Of a DNA stretch of 64,000 bases, positions 48,391-59,944 are shown piece by piece. Below the pieces are notes generated by a model. It worked only from the letters and a program-made list of their open reading frames with translations. It searched no databases and had not been told where the DNA came from. Where the stretch lies: positions 7,938,001-8,002,000 of the forward strand of contig CM075995.1 in assembly GCA_038087875.1 (NCBI GenBank), written 5' to 3'. The position numbers were made by a program, and so were the translations under genes. Each line of letters begins with the position of its first letter. Positions within the stretch are counted from its first letter, which is position 1. Origin of the DNA: Malacoraja senta. Lineage: Eukaryota.

Positions 48391-51200
48391 ATGAATCTCA
48401 ACATCTGGACAGCGGTGGTTTGGTCCCTCCTGGTGGCTGCTCTTTGCACCAAAGGTGAAGGAGGGAGGGATGGAGGAAAGAGGGAGGGAGCGATGGAGAG
48501 AGAGGGAAGAATGGAGGGAGAGGGACAGAGGGATGGAGAGAAAGGATGATATGTACAGATGTGGGAGAGCGAGGGAGGGATGGGGAGGGGGAGAGAGGGG
48601 GGGGAGAGAAAGATGGAGGGAGAGAAAGGATGATGTGTACAGATGTGGAAGAGAGGAGGAAGGGAGGGAGAGAGGTAGTGAAGGAGGGAAGGAAGGAGAG
48701 AGAGAGGGATGGAGAGGCAGAGAGAAGGTGATGCAAATGGAGACAAGGAGACACTTTCAGTCTGAAGGTCTTGACCCGAAACGTCACCCATGCCTTCTCT
48801 CCAGAGATGCTGATGCTGCCCGTTTAATTGACCCCCATCTCTAACGGAGACCCCTCTCTGCCCCATGTGCTCCACAGAGACCCACCATTCACTGTGTAGG
48901 TCCTGCCCACGTTCACCTTTCCCAAATGCGACGCCTCACACTTTCTCTGTATTAGGGAGGAGATGGGGAGGTGTTTTCTTTAGCCAGAGGATGGTGAATC
49001 TGTGGGATTCTTTGCCACAGAAGGCAGTGAGGCGAAGTCAGTGGGTGTTTTTAAGGCAGAGATAGAGAGATAGATAGATAGTTGATTGGTACGGGCGTCA
49101 GAGGGTTGTGGGGAGAAGGCAGGAGAATGGGGATGGACGGAGAGATAAATCACCCGTGATTGAATGGCGGAATGGACTTGATGGGCCGAATGGCCTCATT
49201 CTGCTCCCGGAAGTTGTGAACCGATCGAGATCCTGTCGCCATCCAGGCAGATGAGAGGGTGGGGGTTGTACAGATGTTTTATTCTGGTAGTCAATGCAGA
49301 TGTGCTCATTTAATGTTTATTTCTGCTTTCTCCCTCCCTCCCTCCCTCCCTCCCTCTCTTCCACCCTCCCTCCCTCCCGCTCTCTCCATTTCTCCCCTCC
49401 TCTCCCCCTCTCTCCCCTTTTCTCTCGCCCTCTCTCTCCCCTCACTCACCCTCCCTCCCTCTCTCTCTTCCTCCCTCCCTCCCTCTCTCTCTTCCTCCCT
49501 CCCTCTCTCTCTTCCTCCCTCCCTCCTCTCTCTCTCCCTCCCTCCCTCTCTCTCTCCCTCCCTCTCTCTATCTCTCTCCCTCCCTCCCTTCCCACAGCTA
49601 ACAAGCACAAGCCATGGACTGAGACCAAGGAATAGTGATGGAGAATGACAAAACTATCTTGCTAAATCCACCACTTTTCACCATTGATAAAGATGTTCCC
49701 CTCCATTATGCAGGTGAAGAGAGAGGTGGGTGGTGGTGGGGGTTGAAGGGGTTGGGTTGGGGATGGAGGGGGGGAGCGAATTAGATTACTTTTCTAACTC
49801 TTGCCCCCATCTCTCCCCATCTATCTCCCGCTCTCTCACTCTCCATCTATCTCTCCCCCTCTCTGGCCCTCCCTCTCTCTCCCTCCCTCTCTCTCTTCCC
49901 CTCTCTCTCTCCCCTTCTCTCTCTCACCTTCTCTCTCACCACTTCTCTCTCTCCCCTGTCTCTCCCTATCTCTCTCTCCCCCTCCCTCTCCCCCTTCTCT
50001 CTCTTCCCTTTTCATTTTATCTCCCCCCTCTCTCTCCCCTTCCCTCTCTCCCCCTTCCCTCTCTCCCCTCTCTCCCCTACTGTCTCTCCCCCTCTCCTTC
50101 TCCCCCCTTCTCTTTCACCTTCTCTCTCTCCCCTTTCCTCTCTCCCCTTCTCTCTCTCCCTCTCTTTATCCCCTTCTCTTTCCCCTCTTCTCTCTCTCTC
50201 TCCCTCTCTTTCTCCCTTTTCTTTCCCCTTCTCTCTCCCCTCCCCTTCTCTCTCTCCCCTTCTCTCTCTCCCCTTCTCTCTCTCCCCTTCTCTCTCTCCC
50301 CTCCTCTCTCTCTCCCTATCTCTCTCTCTCCCCTCCCTCTCCCCCCTTCTCTCTCTACCCCTTTTTTTTCCTTCCCCCCTCTCCTCTTCCCTCTCTCCCC
50401 CTCATCTCACCCCCTCCCCAGTCAAAAAGACTTCATGGTGGCCATTTTAAGCCACCCATTCCCTCCCTCTCGAAATGGTCGCCTCAAAGCAGGTTGGAAA
50501 GTGTCGTGGGGAGGGGTGGATCAGGGAGAGGAGGGGGTGGAAGAGGACAGGACATACTCCTCTCCCCGCTCCTGGGAGGTGTAGGGAATGGAAGGGGGTG
50601 GGGTGGGAGGCTTTGTGGCAGTCATTTTTTGCCGCCCACTCCCTCTAAAAATGGACGCCATAGCGGGCTTGAAAGTTTCGTGGGAGGGGTGGATCAGGGA
50701 GGGAAGAGGTGGGGGGGGAACACAGATCACACTCCTCTCGCCCTCTTGCCCGCTGCCGGGGCAGTGTAGGAAGAGGGAGAGGGGAGGCGGTAGGGGAGAG
50801 AGGAGAGGCAGCGGGGCGGCCATTTTAAGCCTCCCTCTCAAAATGGTCGCCCAATGGCCTGTTTCCGCGCTGTATCTCTAAACGGGATTCTGTCCTGGTC
50901 CAGGCCTGGGATGGCAAGTGGCACCTCTAACGATCTGAGTCTCCAGTTTCCCATCATCATCTTCTGTCGTTGGAGTAATCTATGAACCAGCCTTGATCAT
51001 CAACAGTGGGCTCTTCAACCTGCTTCGTCCTAGCCCACGCCTCCTCATCGCAGCCTGCTGGAACGGTGAGCTATAACACCCGCTCTCCCTCCTTCACTCC
51101 CTCTCTCACCCACACTCCCTCACTCTCTCTCCCCTCTCCCTCACCCTCTCCCACCTCTCTCTCTCTCTCTCTCTCTCCCTCTCCCTCCTCTCTCTCTCCA

Positions 51201-51253
<53 letters not shown>

Positions 51254-53270
51254 TTAAACCGAGGATAGACACAAATGCTGGAGTAACTCAGCTGCACAGG
51301 CAGCAGCTTCTGGAGAGAAGGAATGGGTGACGTTTAGGGATGAGACCCTTCTTCAGACCGGTTTCAACCAGCATCTGCAGTTCCTTCCTGTATTCCCTCT
51401 TTCTCTTTCCCCCTCTCTCTGTCTGTCTCTGTCGCTGTCTCTGTCTCTCGCTCTCTGTCTCTCTCTCTCTCTCTCTGTCTGTCTCTGTCTCTGTCTCTCT
51501 CTCTGTCTCTCTCTCTCTCTGTCTGTCTGACTCTCTCTCTCTCTCTCTCCACAGATGGCCCATGGAACGAGACCAACAATATCACAGACATCACCTTTGG
51601 TAAGAGGAGAGAGAGGGGTGGAGTGTGAGGGAAGGAGGGAAACAAGAATGGAGGGAGGGAGCGAGAGAGGGATGGAGTGGGAGGGAGGGAGGGAGAGCGA
51701 GAGAGATGGGGAGGGAGGGATGGAGGGAAAGAGGAATGCCAGGAGGCTGACGGATTCCGTTCTCTCTGCAGGTACTCTGGACTCTCCCCCTGATCGCTTT
51801 CTGTGGGCTCTGCTGGCGGGAGTGTGACCCTATGCACAGGGAGTATCAATTCTTGAGAGGTGCTGGGGTGTCTGTACTCCTGTAAAGAGGGCCTCGATTT
51901 CAGCGACTTCGAGAGCCTGGGGAAAGGGGATGAAGGTAGGAGGGGGCGACGGGAGGAGTGGAAAGGAGAAGTCCAAGTCAATTTTATTCGTCACATACAC
52001 CCGAAGGTGCAGTGAAATGAATTGCCAGCAGCGATACACTTAGAAAGAACACACAATACACAATAAGATTTAACACAAACATCCACCTCAGCATTCTTCC
52101 CTCTCTCCCCTCCCCTCTCTCCCCTACCCCCCTCTCACCCCCACCTGTGTGTGTATTTTTCCTGTGTGTATGTGACGCCGAATGCCACTCGCCCCGCAAG
52201 CGCGCGTTGGGGATACAGACCCAACGGGTCTGCATTTGGTCTAGTACACAATAAAATTGAACACAAACATCCACGTGCTGGAAGGCAACAAAGTTCAGCC
52301 AGTCCTCCTCCTTGTTCACCCATGGTCGGGGCCATAAACCCTCCATAGTCGCCACTACGGATGGCCCGATGTACAGGCCCTCTCGCCGGGATGATTGAAA
52401 CCCTGACGTCGGGACGGTGGAACACACTCCGCGGCTTGGAGGTCCCAAATCGGCACTTTCCTACCGGACACCGCGGCTTCAGGATGTTATTGGCCGCAGG
52501 CAGTCCGGCGGTCAGAGCTCTTCTCTGGCAATCCCCGGCGAGTGATCTCAGACTCCGGATGGTAAGTCCACGCCATGTCCGCGGCTAGAAGCTCCGTAGA
52601 CCACAGCACCGCGATGTCAAGGACACCAGGCCAGCGATCGGAGCACTCCTCTCTGGCGACCCTCGGCAAGGGTTAACCCGCTCTGCGATGGAAAAGTCCA
52701 CGCTGCGCCTGCTGTCGATGCTCCGGGCCCGACTCTGGGAAAGGCCGCTCCAATCCGCGAGGCCGCGAGGGAGGCGACATGGAAAAAGTTGCCTCCCCGT
52801 GGAGGAGGCGACCAAAAGTGGTTCCCCCCTTTCCCTTCCCCACCACAAGACACACCGAGAGACACCCAAACTAACATTAGACACGCAAAACCCCCCCAAA
52901 AAAGTAGAAATAACTATCACACTGCTGGCAGGGTAGCCAACTCGCAGCACCCCCGCCGATCAAGGGGAGGGGAGGAGAGGAAAGGAGAAGGGGGAAAAGG
53001 GGAAGAGGGGTGTGTAGGGTCCTTGGAATGTGTGAGATGCTTGGGTGATGTTTGAAGTGCTCTCTCCCCCCCTCTCCCTCTCCCCGCTCTCTCTCTCCCC
53101 GTCTCTCTTTCCCCTCGCTAGGTCCACATCAACCCATCACAGACGCTCCTGGTCTCGGAAGGAGATGACGTCGAGAATATAAACCGCGCCATTGAACATG
53201 TGATTTACCGAAACGCGCTTCGCTTTGCTACGCCAGGCGTACGTCCCATCCAGCTCACCACCACCGTAAA
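48391..53270 (+). pseudogene. CLSTN3: Calsyntenin-3-like unprocessed pseudogene, internally deleted (6 exons visible)
   Basis: GT-AG exons: 48391-48454 (MNLNIWTAVVWSLLVAALCTK); 49598-49713 (ANKHKPWTET/QGIVMENDKTILLNPPLFTIDKDVPLHYAG, frameshift); 50904-51065 (WDGKWH...EPALI...ACWN, TAA and frameshifts); 51555-51599; 51772-51935 (CLYSCKEGLDFSDFESLGKG-MK, TGA); 53122-53270 (VHINPSQTLLVSEGDDVE...LRFATPGVRPIQLTTTVK). Confidence 0.88.
51970..52960 (-). mobile_element. GC-rich non-autonomous retroposon in a CLSTN3-like intron (mirror copy 55275-56286, +)
   Basis: Same head, cgacttttt-like and gccttccacc motifs as the other two copies, with a gtgacgaataaaattgacttggactt tail. Confidence 0.55.
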
Positions 53271-54753
53271 GTGAGTCTGTCCCATCTCTCCCTCTCCCTC
53301 TCTCTCTCACACTAAAATGGTCGCCAATCCCGTCACAATAAAATGGCCGCCAACACCTTATATGTTTACTCAACCGACAGCCATTTTACTCCCACCTACC
53401 AGCAGCCATTTTAACCTTGCATGATGCCAGCCATATTAACTTCATTGTGACGGCGGCCGCTTTAACTCGGCGGTGACGAGGCGGCCATTTTAAGCACCTG
53501 TGGTGTTGGCCATTTTAATTCCACCGTAACAGCAGCCATTTTAGTTTAGCGAGTTTCGTTTAGTTTATTGCCATGTGTACCGAGGTACAGTGAAATGCTT
53601 TTTTGTTGCGTGCTAGCCAGTCAGCGGAAAGACTATACATTGGAGACCCTCGGACAATCGAGTCGCCCACAGTGTACGATGAAAGATAGTCCTAGGGTCT
53701 CCAATGATGGGAGGTCAGGACCGCTCTCCAATTGGTGAGAGGACGGTTCAGTTGCCCGATAACAGCCGGAAAAAAAACTGCCCCTGAATCGAGGTGTGCG
53801 CATCTTCACACTTTACCTCTTGCCCGATGGGGGAGGGGGGAAGAGAGAGTGACTGGGGTGAGAACCAGGGGTCAATGTCCTCCATTCTCTGGGTTCTCCA
53901 GCCAAGCCCAGCCACCTCCAGTCGTGTCACCAGTTTGTCCACTCCGCTCGTCGGCCCCACCATGAGATGGGTGGTCACCGACTCGCCGCCCCACACCGCT
54001 CCCTCCGGTCAGTCCCCGCGGGATCCAACCGGGGTCGTGGGGGTCAAAGGACGGGCTTGGGGGCAATCGACCTGGGTCACCGGGGAATCAACGGAGGCAC
54101 CAGGGGGAGGGGTCAATTGGTGTCAACAGGGGTCAATTGGGGACGACGGGGGTCAGCTGGGGCTGACAGGTCAACAAAGTCACTGGAGGGGCGATAATGG
54201 TCATCTGGAGTCAACTAATTCACCGGGGGGTTCAATTGGGGTCATCAAGGGTCAGCTGGGGTCACCGAACCTTCCTAGGGGTCAAGGCGGGGTCGCCAAG
54301 GTTCACTGGAGTTCAACAGGGGTCGTGCATTTGGGAAGAGAGTGCTCGAACCATCATTGTGAATCCCATGGGGGAGAGAGAGAGAGAGGGGGGGAGAGGG
54401 AGAGAGGGGGAGAGGGAGAGAGAGAGAGGGGGAGAGGGAGGGAGAAGGGAGAGAGAGGAGGGGGCAGGGAGAGAGAAGGGGGAGAGAGAGAGGGCGGGGG
54501 AGAGAGGGGATTTTATTAACCTTTCACCTCTCCCCATTGACCCCAGACCTACGAGCAGCAGCAGGGGTCATCCGAGGTTGCGGGAGGTCATGACCCCGTG
54601 AACCCTGGCCTGGAGGCGGCGGCCACTTGACTGACCCGTGACATCCCGTGACCTTGCCTGATCGCCGTGACCCTTGTCCCAGAAACCACCACGAACCAGG
54701 GACCTGTGACCCCTGGCCTCTCCACACCTCCCCCTCTCTCCCCCCTCCCCCCT

Positions 54754-54953
54754 NNNNNNNNNNNNNNNNNNNNNNNNNNNNNNNNNNNNNNNNNNNNNNN
54801 NNNNNNNNNNNNNNNNNNNNNNNNNNNNNNNNNNNNNNNNNNNNNNNNNNNNNNNNNNNNNNNNNNNNNNNNNNNNNNNNNNNNNNNNNNNNNNNNNNNN
54901 NNNNNNNNNNNNNNNNNNNNNNNNNNNNNNNNNNNNNNNNNNNNNNNNNNNNN
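54754..54953. other. Assembly gap (200 N)
   Basis: Run of N. Confidence 1.
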
Positions 54954-54968
54954 AGGGGACAGACTCAC

Positions 54969-56999
54969 TTTACGGTGGTGGTGAGCTGGATGGGACGGTA
55001 CACCTGGCGTAGCAAAGCGAAGGCGTTTCGGTAAATCACGTGTTCAATGGCGCGGTTTATATTCTCGACGTCATCTCCTTCCGAGACCAGGAGCGTCTGT
55101 GATGGGTTGATGTGGACCTAGCGAGGGGAAAGAGAGACGGGGGAGAGAGAGCGGGGAGAGGGAGAGGGGGGGGAGAGAGCACTTCAAACATCACCCAAGC
55201 ATCTCACACATTCCAAGGACCCTACACACCCCTCTTCCCCTTTTCCCCCTTCTCCTTTCCTCTCCTCCCCTCCCCCTTGATCGGCGGGGGTGCTGCGAGT
55301 TGGCTACCCTGCCAGCAGTGTGATAGTTATTTCTACTTTTTTGGGGGGGTTTTGCGTGTCTAATGTTAGTTTGGGTGTCTCTCGGTGTGTCTTGTGGTGG
55401 GGAAGGGAAAGGGGGGAACCACTTTTGGTCGCCTCCTCCACGGAGAGGCAACTTTTTCCATGTCGCCTCCCTCGCGGCCTCGCGGATTGGAGTGGCCTTT
55501 CCCAGAGTCGGCCCGGAGCATCGACAGCAGGCGCAGCGTGGACTTTTCCATCGCAGAGCGGGTTAACCCTTGCCGAGGGTCGCCAGAGAGGAGTGCCCGA
55601 TCGCTGGCCTGGTGTCCTTGACATCGCGGTGCTGTGGTCTACGGAGCTTCTAGCCGCGGACATGGGCGTGGACTTACCATCCGGAGTCTGAGATCACTCG
55701 CCGGGGATTGCCAGAGAAGAGCTCTGACCGCCGGTCTGCCTTCGGCCAATAACATCCTGAAGCCGCGGTGTCCGGTAGGAAAGTGCCGATTTGGGACCTC
55801 CAAGCCGCGGAGTGTGTTCCACCGTCCCGACGTCAGGGTTTCAATCATCCCGGCGAGAGGGCCTGTACATCGGGCCATCCGTAGTGGCGACTATGGAGGG
55901 TTTATGGCCCCGACCATGGGTGAACAAGGAGGAGGACTGGCTGAACTTTGTTGCCTTCCACCACGTTGATGTTTGTGTTAAATTTTATTGTATACTAGAC
56001 CAAATGCAGACCCGTTGGGTCTGTATCCCCAACGCGCGCTTGCGGGGCGAGTGGCATTCGGCGTCACATACACACAGGAAAAATACACACACAGGTGGGG
56101 GGGTAGAGGGGGGGGTGAGAGGGGGGTAGGGGAGAGAGGGGAGGGGAGAGAGGGAAGAATGCTGAGGTGGATGTTTGTGTTAAATCTTATTGTGTATTGT
56201 GTGTTCTTTCTAAGTGTATCGCTGCTGGCAAATTCATTTCACTGCACCTTCGGGTGTATGTGACGAATAAAATTGACTTGGACTTGTCCTTTCCACTCCT
56301 CCCGTCGCCCCCTCCTACCTTCATCCCCTTTCCCCAGGCTCTCGAAGTCGCTGAAATCGAGGCCCTCTTTACAGGAGTACAGACACCCCAGCACCTCTCG
56401 AGAATTGATACTCCCTGTGCATAGGGTCACACTCCCGCCAGCAGAGCCCACAGAAAGCGATCAGGGGGAGAGTCCAGAGTACCTGCAGAGAGAACGGAAT
56501 CCGTCAGCCTCCTGGCATTCCTCTTTCCCTCCATCCCTCCCTCCCCATCTCTCTCGCTCTCCCTCCCTCCCTCCCACTCCATCCCTCTCTCTCTCCCTCC
56601 CTCCATTCTTGTTTCCCTCCTTCCCTCACACTCCACCCCTCTCTCTCCTCTTACCAAAGGTGATGTCTGTGATATTGTTGGTCTCGTTCCATGGGCCATC
56701 TGTGGAGAGAGAGAGAGAGTCAGATAGACAGAGAGAGAGAGAGAGACAGAGAGAGAGACAGAGACAGAGACAGACAGAGAGAGAGAGAGAGAGAGACAGA
56801 GAGCGAGAGACAGAGACAGCGACAGAGACAGACAGAGAGAGGGGGAAAGAGAAAGAGGATACAGGAAGGAACTGCAGATGCTGGTGAAACCGGTCTGAAG
56901 AAGGGTCTCATCCCTAAACGTCACCCATTCCTTCTCTCCAGAAGCTGCTGCCTGTGCAGCTGAGTTACTCCAGCATTTGTGTCTATCCTCGGTTTAAAT

Positions 57000-57030
<31 letters not shown>

Positions 57031-59852
57031 TGGAGAGAGAGAGGAGGGAGAGGGAGAGAGAGAGAGAGAGAGAGAGGTGGGAGAGGGGAGGGGAGAGGGA
57101 GAGAGAGTGAGGGAGTGTGGGTGAGAGAGGGAGTGAAGGAGGGAGAGGGGTGTTATAGCTCACCGTTCCAGCAGGCTGCGATGAGGAGGCGTGGGCTAGG
57201 ACGAAGCAGGTTGAAGAGCCCACTGTTGATGATCAAGGCTGGTTCATAGATTACTCCAACGACAGAAGATGATGATGGGAAACTGGAGACTCAGATCGTT
57301 AGAGGTGCCACTTGCCATCCCAGGCCTGGACCAGGGCAGAATCCCGTTTAGAGATACAGCGCGGAAACAGGCCATTGGGCGACCAATTTGAGAGGGCTTA
57401 AAATGGCCGCCCCGCTGATGCCCCCCTCTCCTCTTTCCCCTACCGCCTCCCCTCTCCCTCTTCCTACACTGCCCCGGCAGCGGGCAAGAGGGCGAGAGGG
57501 AGTGTGATCTGTGTTCCCCCCCCCCACCTCTTCCCTCCCTGATCCACCCCTCCCACGAAACTTTCAAGCCCGCTATGGCGTCCATTTTTAGAGGGAGTTG
57601 GGCGGCCAAAAATGACTGCCACAAAGCCTCCCACCCCACCCCCTTCCATTCCCTACACATCCCCAGGAGCAGGCAGAGAGGGGAGAGGAGTATGTCCTGT
57701 CCTCTTCCACCCCCTCCTCTCCCTGATCCACCCCTCCCACGACACTTTCCAACCTGCTTTCAGGCGACCATTTCGAGAGGGAGGGAATGGGCGGCTTAAA
57801 ATGGCCACCATGAAGTCTTTTTGACTGGGGAGGGGAGGGGGTGAGATGAGGGGGAGAGAGGGAAGGGGAGAGAGGGAAGAGGGAGAGGGGGAAGGAAAAA
57901 AAAAGGGGTAGAGAGAGAAGGGGGGAGAGGGAGGGGAGAGAGAGATAGGGAGAGAGAGAGAGAGGAGGGGGAGAGAGAGAAGGGGAGAGAGAGAAGGGGA
58001 GAGAGAGAAGGGGAGGGAGAGAGAGAAGGGGAAAGAGAAGGGGAGAAAAGAGAGAGAGAGAGAGAAGAGGGGAAAGAGAATGGGATAAAGAGAGGGGAGA
58101 GAGAGAAGGGGAGAGAGGAAAGGGAGAGAGAGAAAGTGAAAGAGAAGGGGAGAAGGAGAGGGGGAGAGACAGTAGGGGAGAGAGGGAAGGGGAGAGAGGG
58201 AAGGGGAGAGAGAGGGGGAGATAAAAAGAAAAGGGAAGAGAGAGAAGGGGGAGAGGGAGGGGGAGAGAGAGATAGGGAGAGACAGGGGAGAGAGAGAAGT
58301 GGTGAGAGAGAAGGTGAGAGAGAGAGGGGAGAGAGAGAGGGGAAGAGAGAGAGGAGGGAGAGAGAGGGAGGGCGAGAGAGGGGGGAGAGATAGGATGGAG
58401 AGGAGAGAGCGGGAGATAGATGGGGAGAGATGGGGGCAAAGAGTTAGAAAGTAATCTAATTCGCTCCCCCCCTCCATCCCCAACCCCAACCCTTCAACCC
58501 CCCCCCCCCCACCACCACCACCTCTCTCTTCACCTGCATAATGGAGGGGAACATCTTTATCAATGGCGAAAAGTGGTGGATTTAGCAAGATAGTTTTGTC
58601 ATTCTGCATCACTATTCCTTGGTCTCAGTCCATGGCTTGTGCTTGTTAGCTGTGGGAAGGGAGGGAGGGAGAGAGATAGAGAGAGGGAGGAGAGAGAGAG
58701 GGAGGGAGGGAGAGAGAGAGGGAGGGAGGGAGGAAGAGAGAGAGGGAGGGAGGGAGGAAGAGAGAGAGGGAGGGAGGGTGAGAGTGAGGGGAGAGAGAGA
58801 GGGCGAGAGAAAAGGGGAGAGAGGGGGAGAGGGAGGGAGAAATGGAGAGAGCGGGAGGGAGGGAGGGTGGAAGAGAGAGAGGGAGGGAGGGAGGGAGGGA
58901 GGAGGGAGAAAGCAGAAATAAACATTAAATGAGCACATCTGCATTGACTACCAGAATAAAACATCTGTACAACCCCCACCCTCTCATCCGCCTGGATGGC
59001 GACAGGATCTCGATCGGTTCACAACTTCCGGGAGCAGAATGAGGCCATTCGGCCCATCAAGTCCATTCCGCCATTCAATCACGGGTGATTTATCTCTCCG
59101 TCCATCCCCATTCTCCTGCCTTCTCCCACAACCCTCTGACGCCCGTACCAATCAACTATCTATCTATCTCTCTATCTCTGCCTTAAAAACACCCACTGAC
59201 TTCGCCTCCACTGCCTTCTGTGGCAAAGAATCCCACAGATTCACCACCATCCTGGCTAAAGAAACACCTCCCCATCTCCTCCTAATACAGAGAAAGTGTG
59301 AGGCGTCGCATTTGGGAAAGGTGAACGTGGGCAGGACTACACAGTGAATGGTGGGTCTCTGTGTAGCACATGGGGCAGAGAGGGGACTCCGTTAGAGATG
59401 GGGGTCAATTAAACGGGCAGCATCAGCATCTCTGGAGAGAAGGCATGGGTGACGTTTCGGGTCAAGACCTTCAGACTGAAAGTGTCTCCTTGTCTCCATT
59501 TGCATCACCTTCTCTCTGCCTCTCCATCCCTCTCTCTCTCCTTCCTTCCCTCCTTCACTACCTCTCTCCCTCCCTCCCTCCTCTCTTCCACATCTGTACA
59601 CATCATCCTTTCTCTCCCTCCATCTTTCTCTCCCTCCCTCTCTCCCCCTCCCCATCCCTCCCTCCCTCCCTCGCTCTCCCACATCTGTACATATCATCCT
59701 TTCTCTCCATCCCTCTGTCCCTCTCCCTCCCATCTTCCCTCTCTCTCCATCGCTCCCTCCCTCTTTCCTCCATCCCTCCCTCCTTCACCTTGGTGCAAAA
59801 GAGCAGCCACCAGGAGGGACCAAACCACCGCTGTCCAGATGTTGAGATTCAT
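54969..59852 (-). pseudogene. CLSTN3: Calsyntenin-3-like pseudogene, inverted second copy
   Basis: Mirror exons at 59789-59852, 58534-58649, 57164-57325, 56655-56699, 56319-56482 and 54969-55117. Shares the exon-2 frameshift and the internal deletion. Confidence 0.85.
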
Positions 59853-59944
59853 CTTTTCAGCAACAATTAAACATTCAATCCCAGGAATAAAAATATTTTT
59901 CTCAGTGCAAAGGAAACCTCTCCGGGTGTGTGGAACGGGACCCT

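Noticed and set aside
49730..50769. Long Ser/Leu/Pro-rich ORFs (also 57588-58612 and 48114-48875)
   Set aside because: They are translations of CT/GA low-complexity tracts that lack stop codons by composition.
48391..59852. Functional CLSTN3 CDS
   Set aside because: Both arms share the exon-2 frameshift, further frameshifts and a stop in later exons, and the missing central exons.
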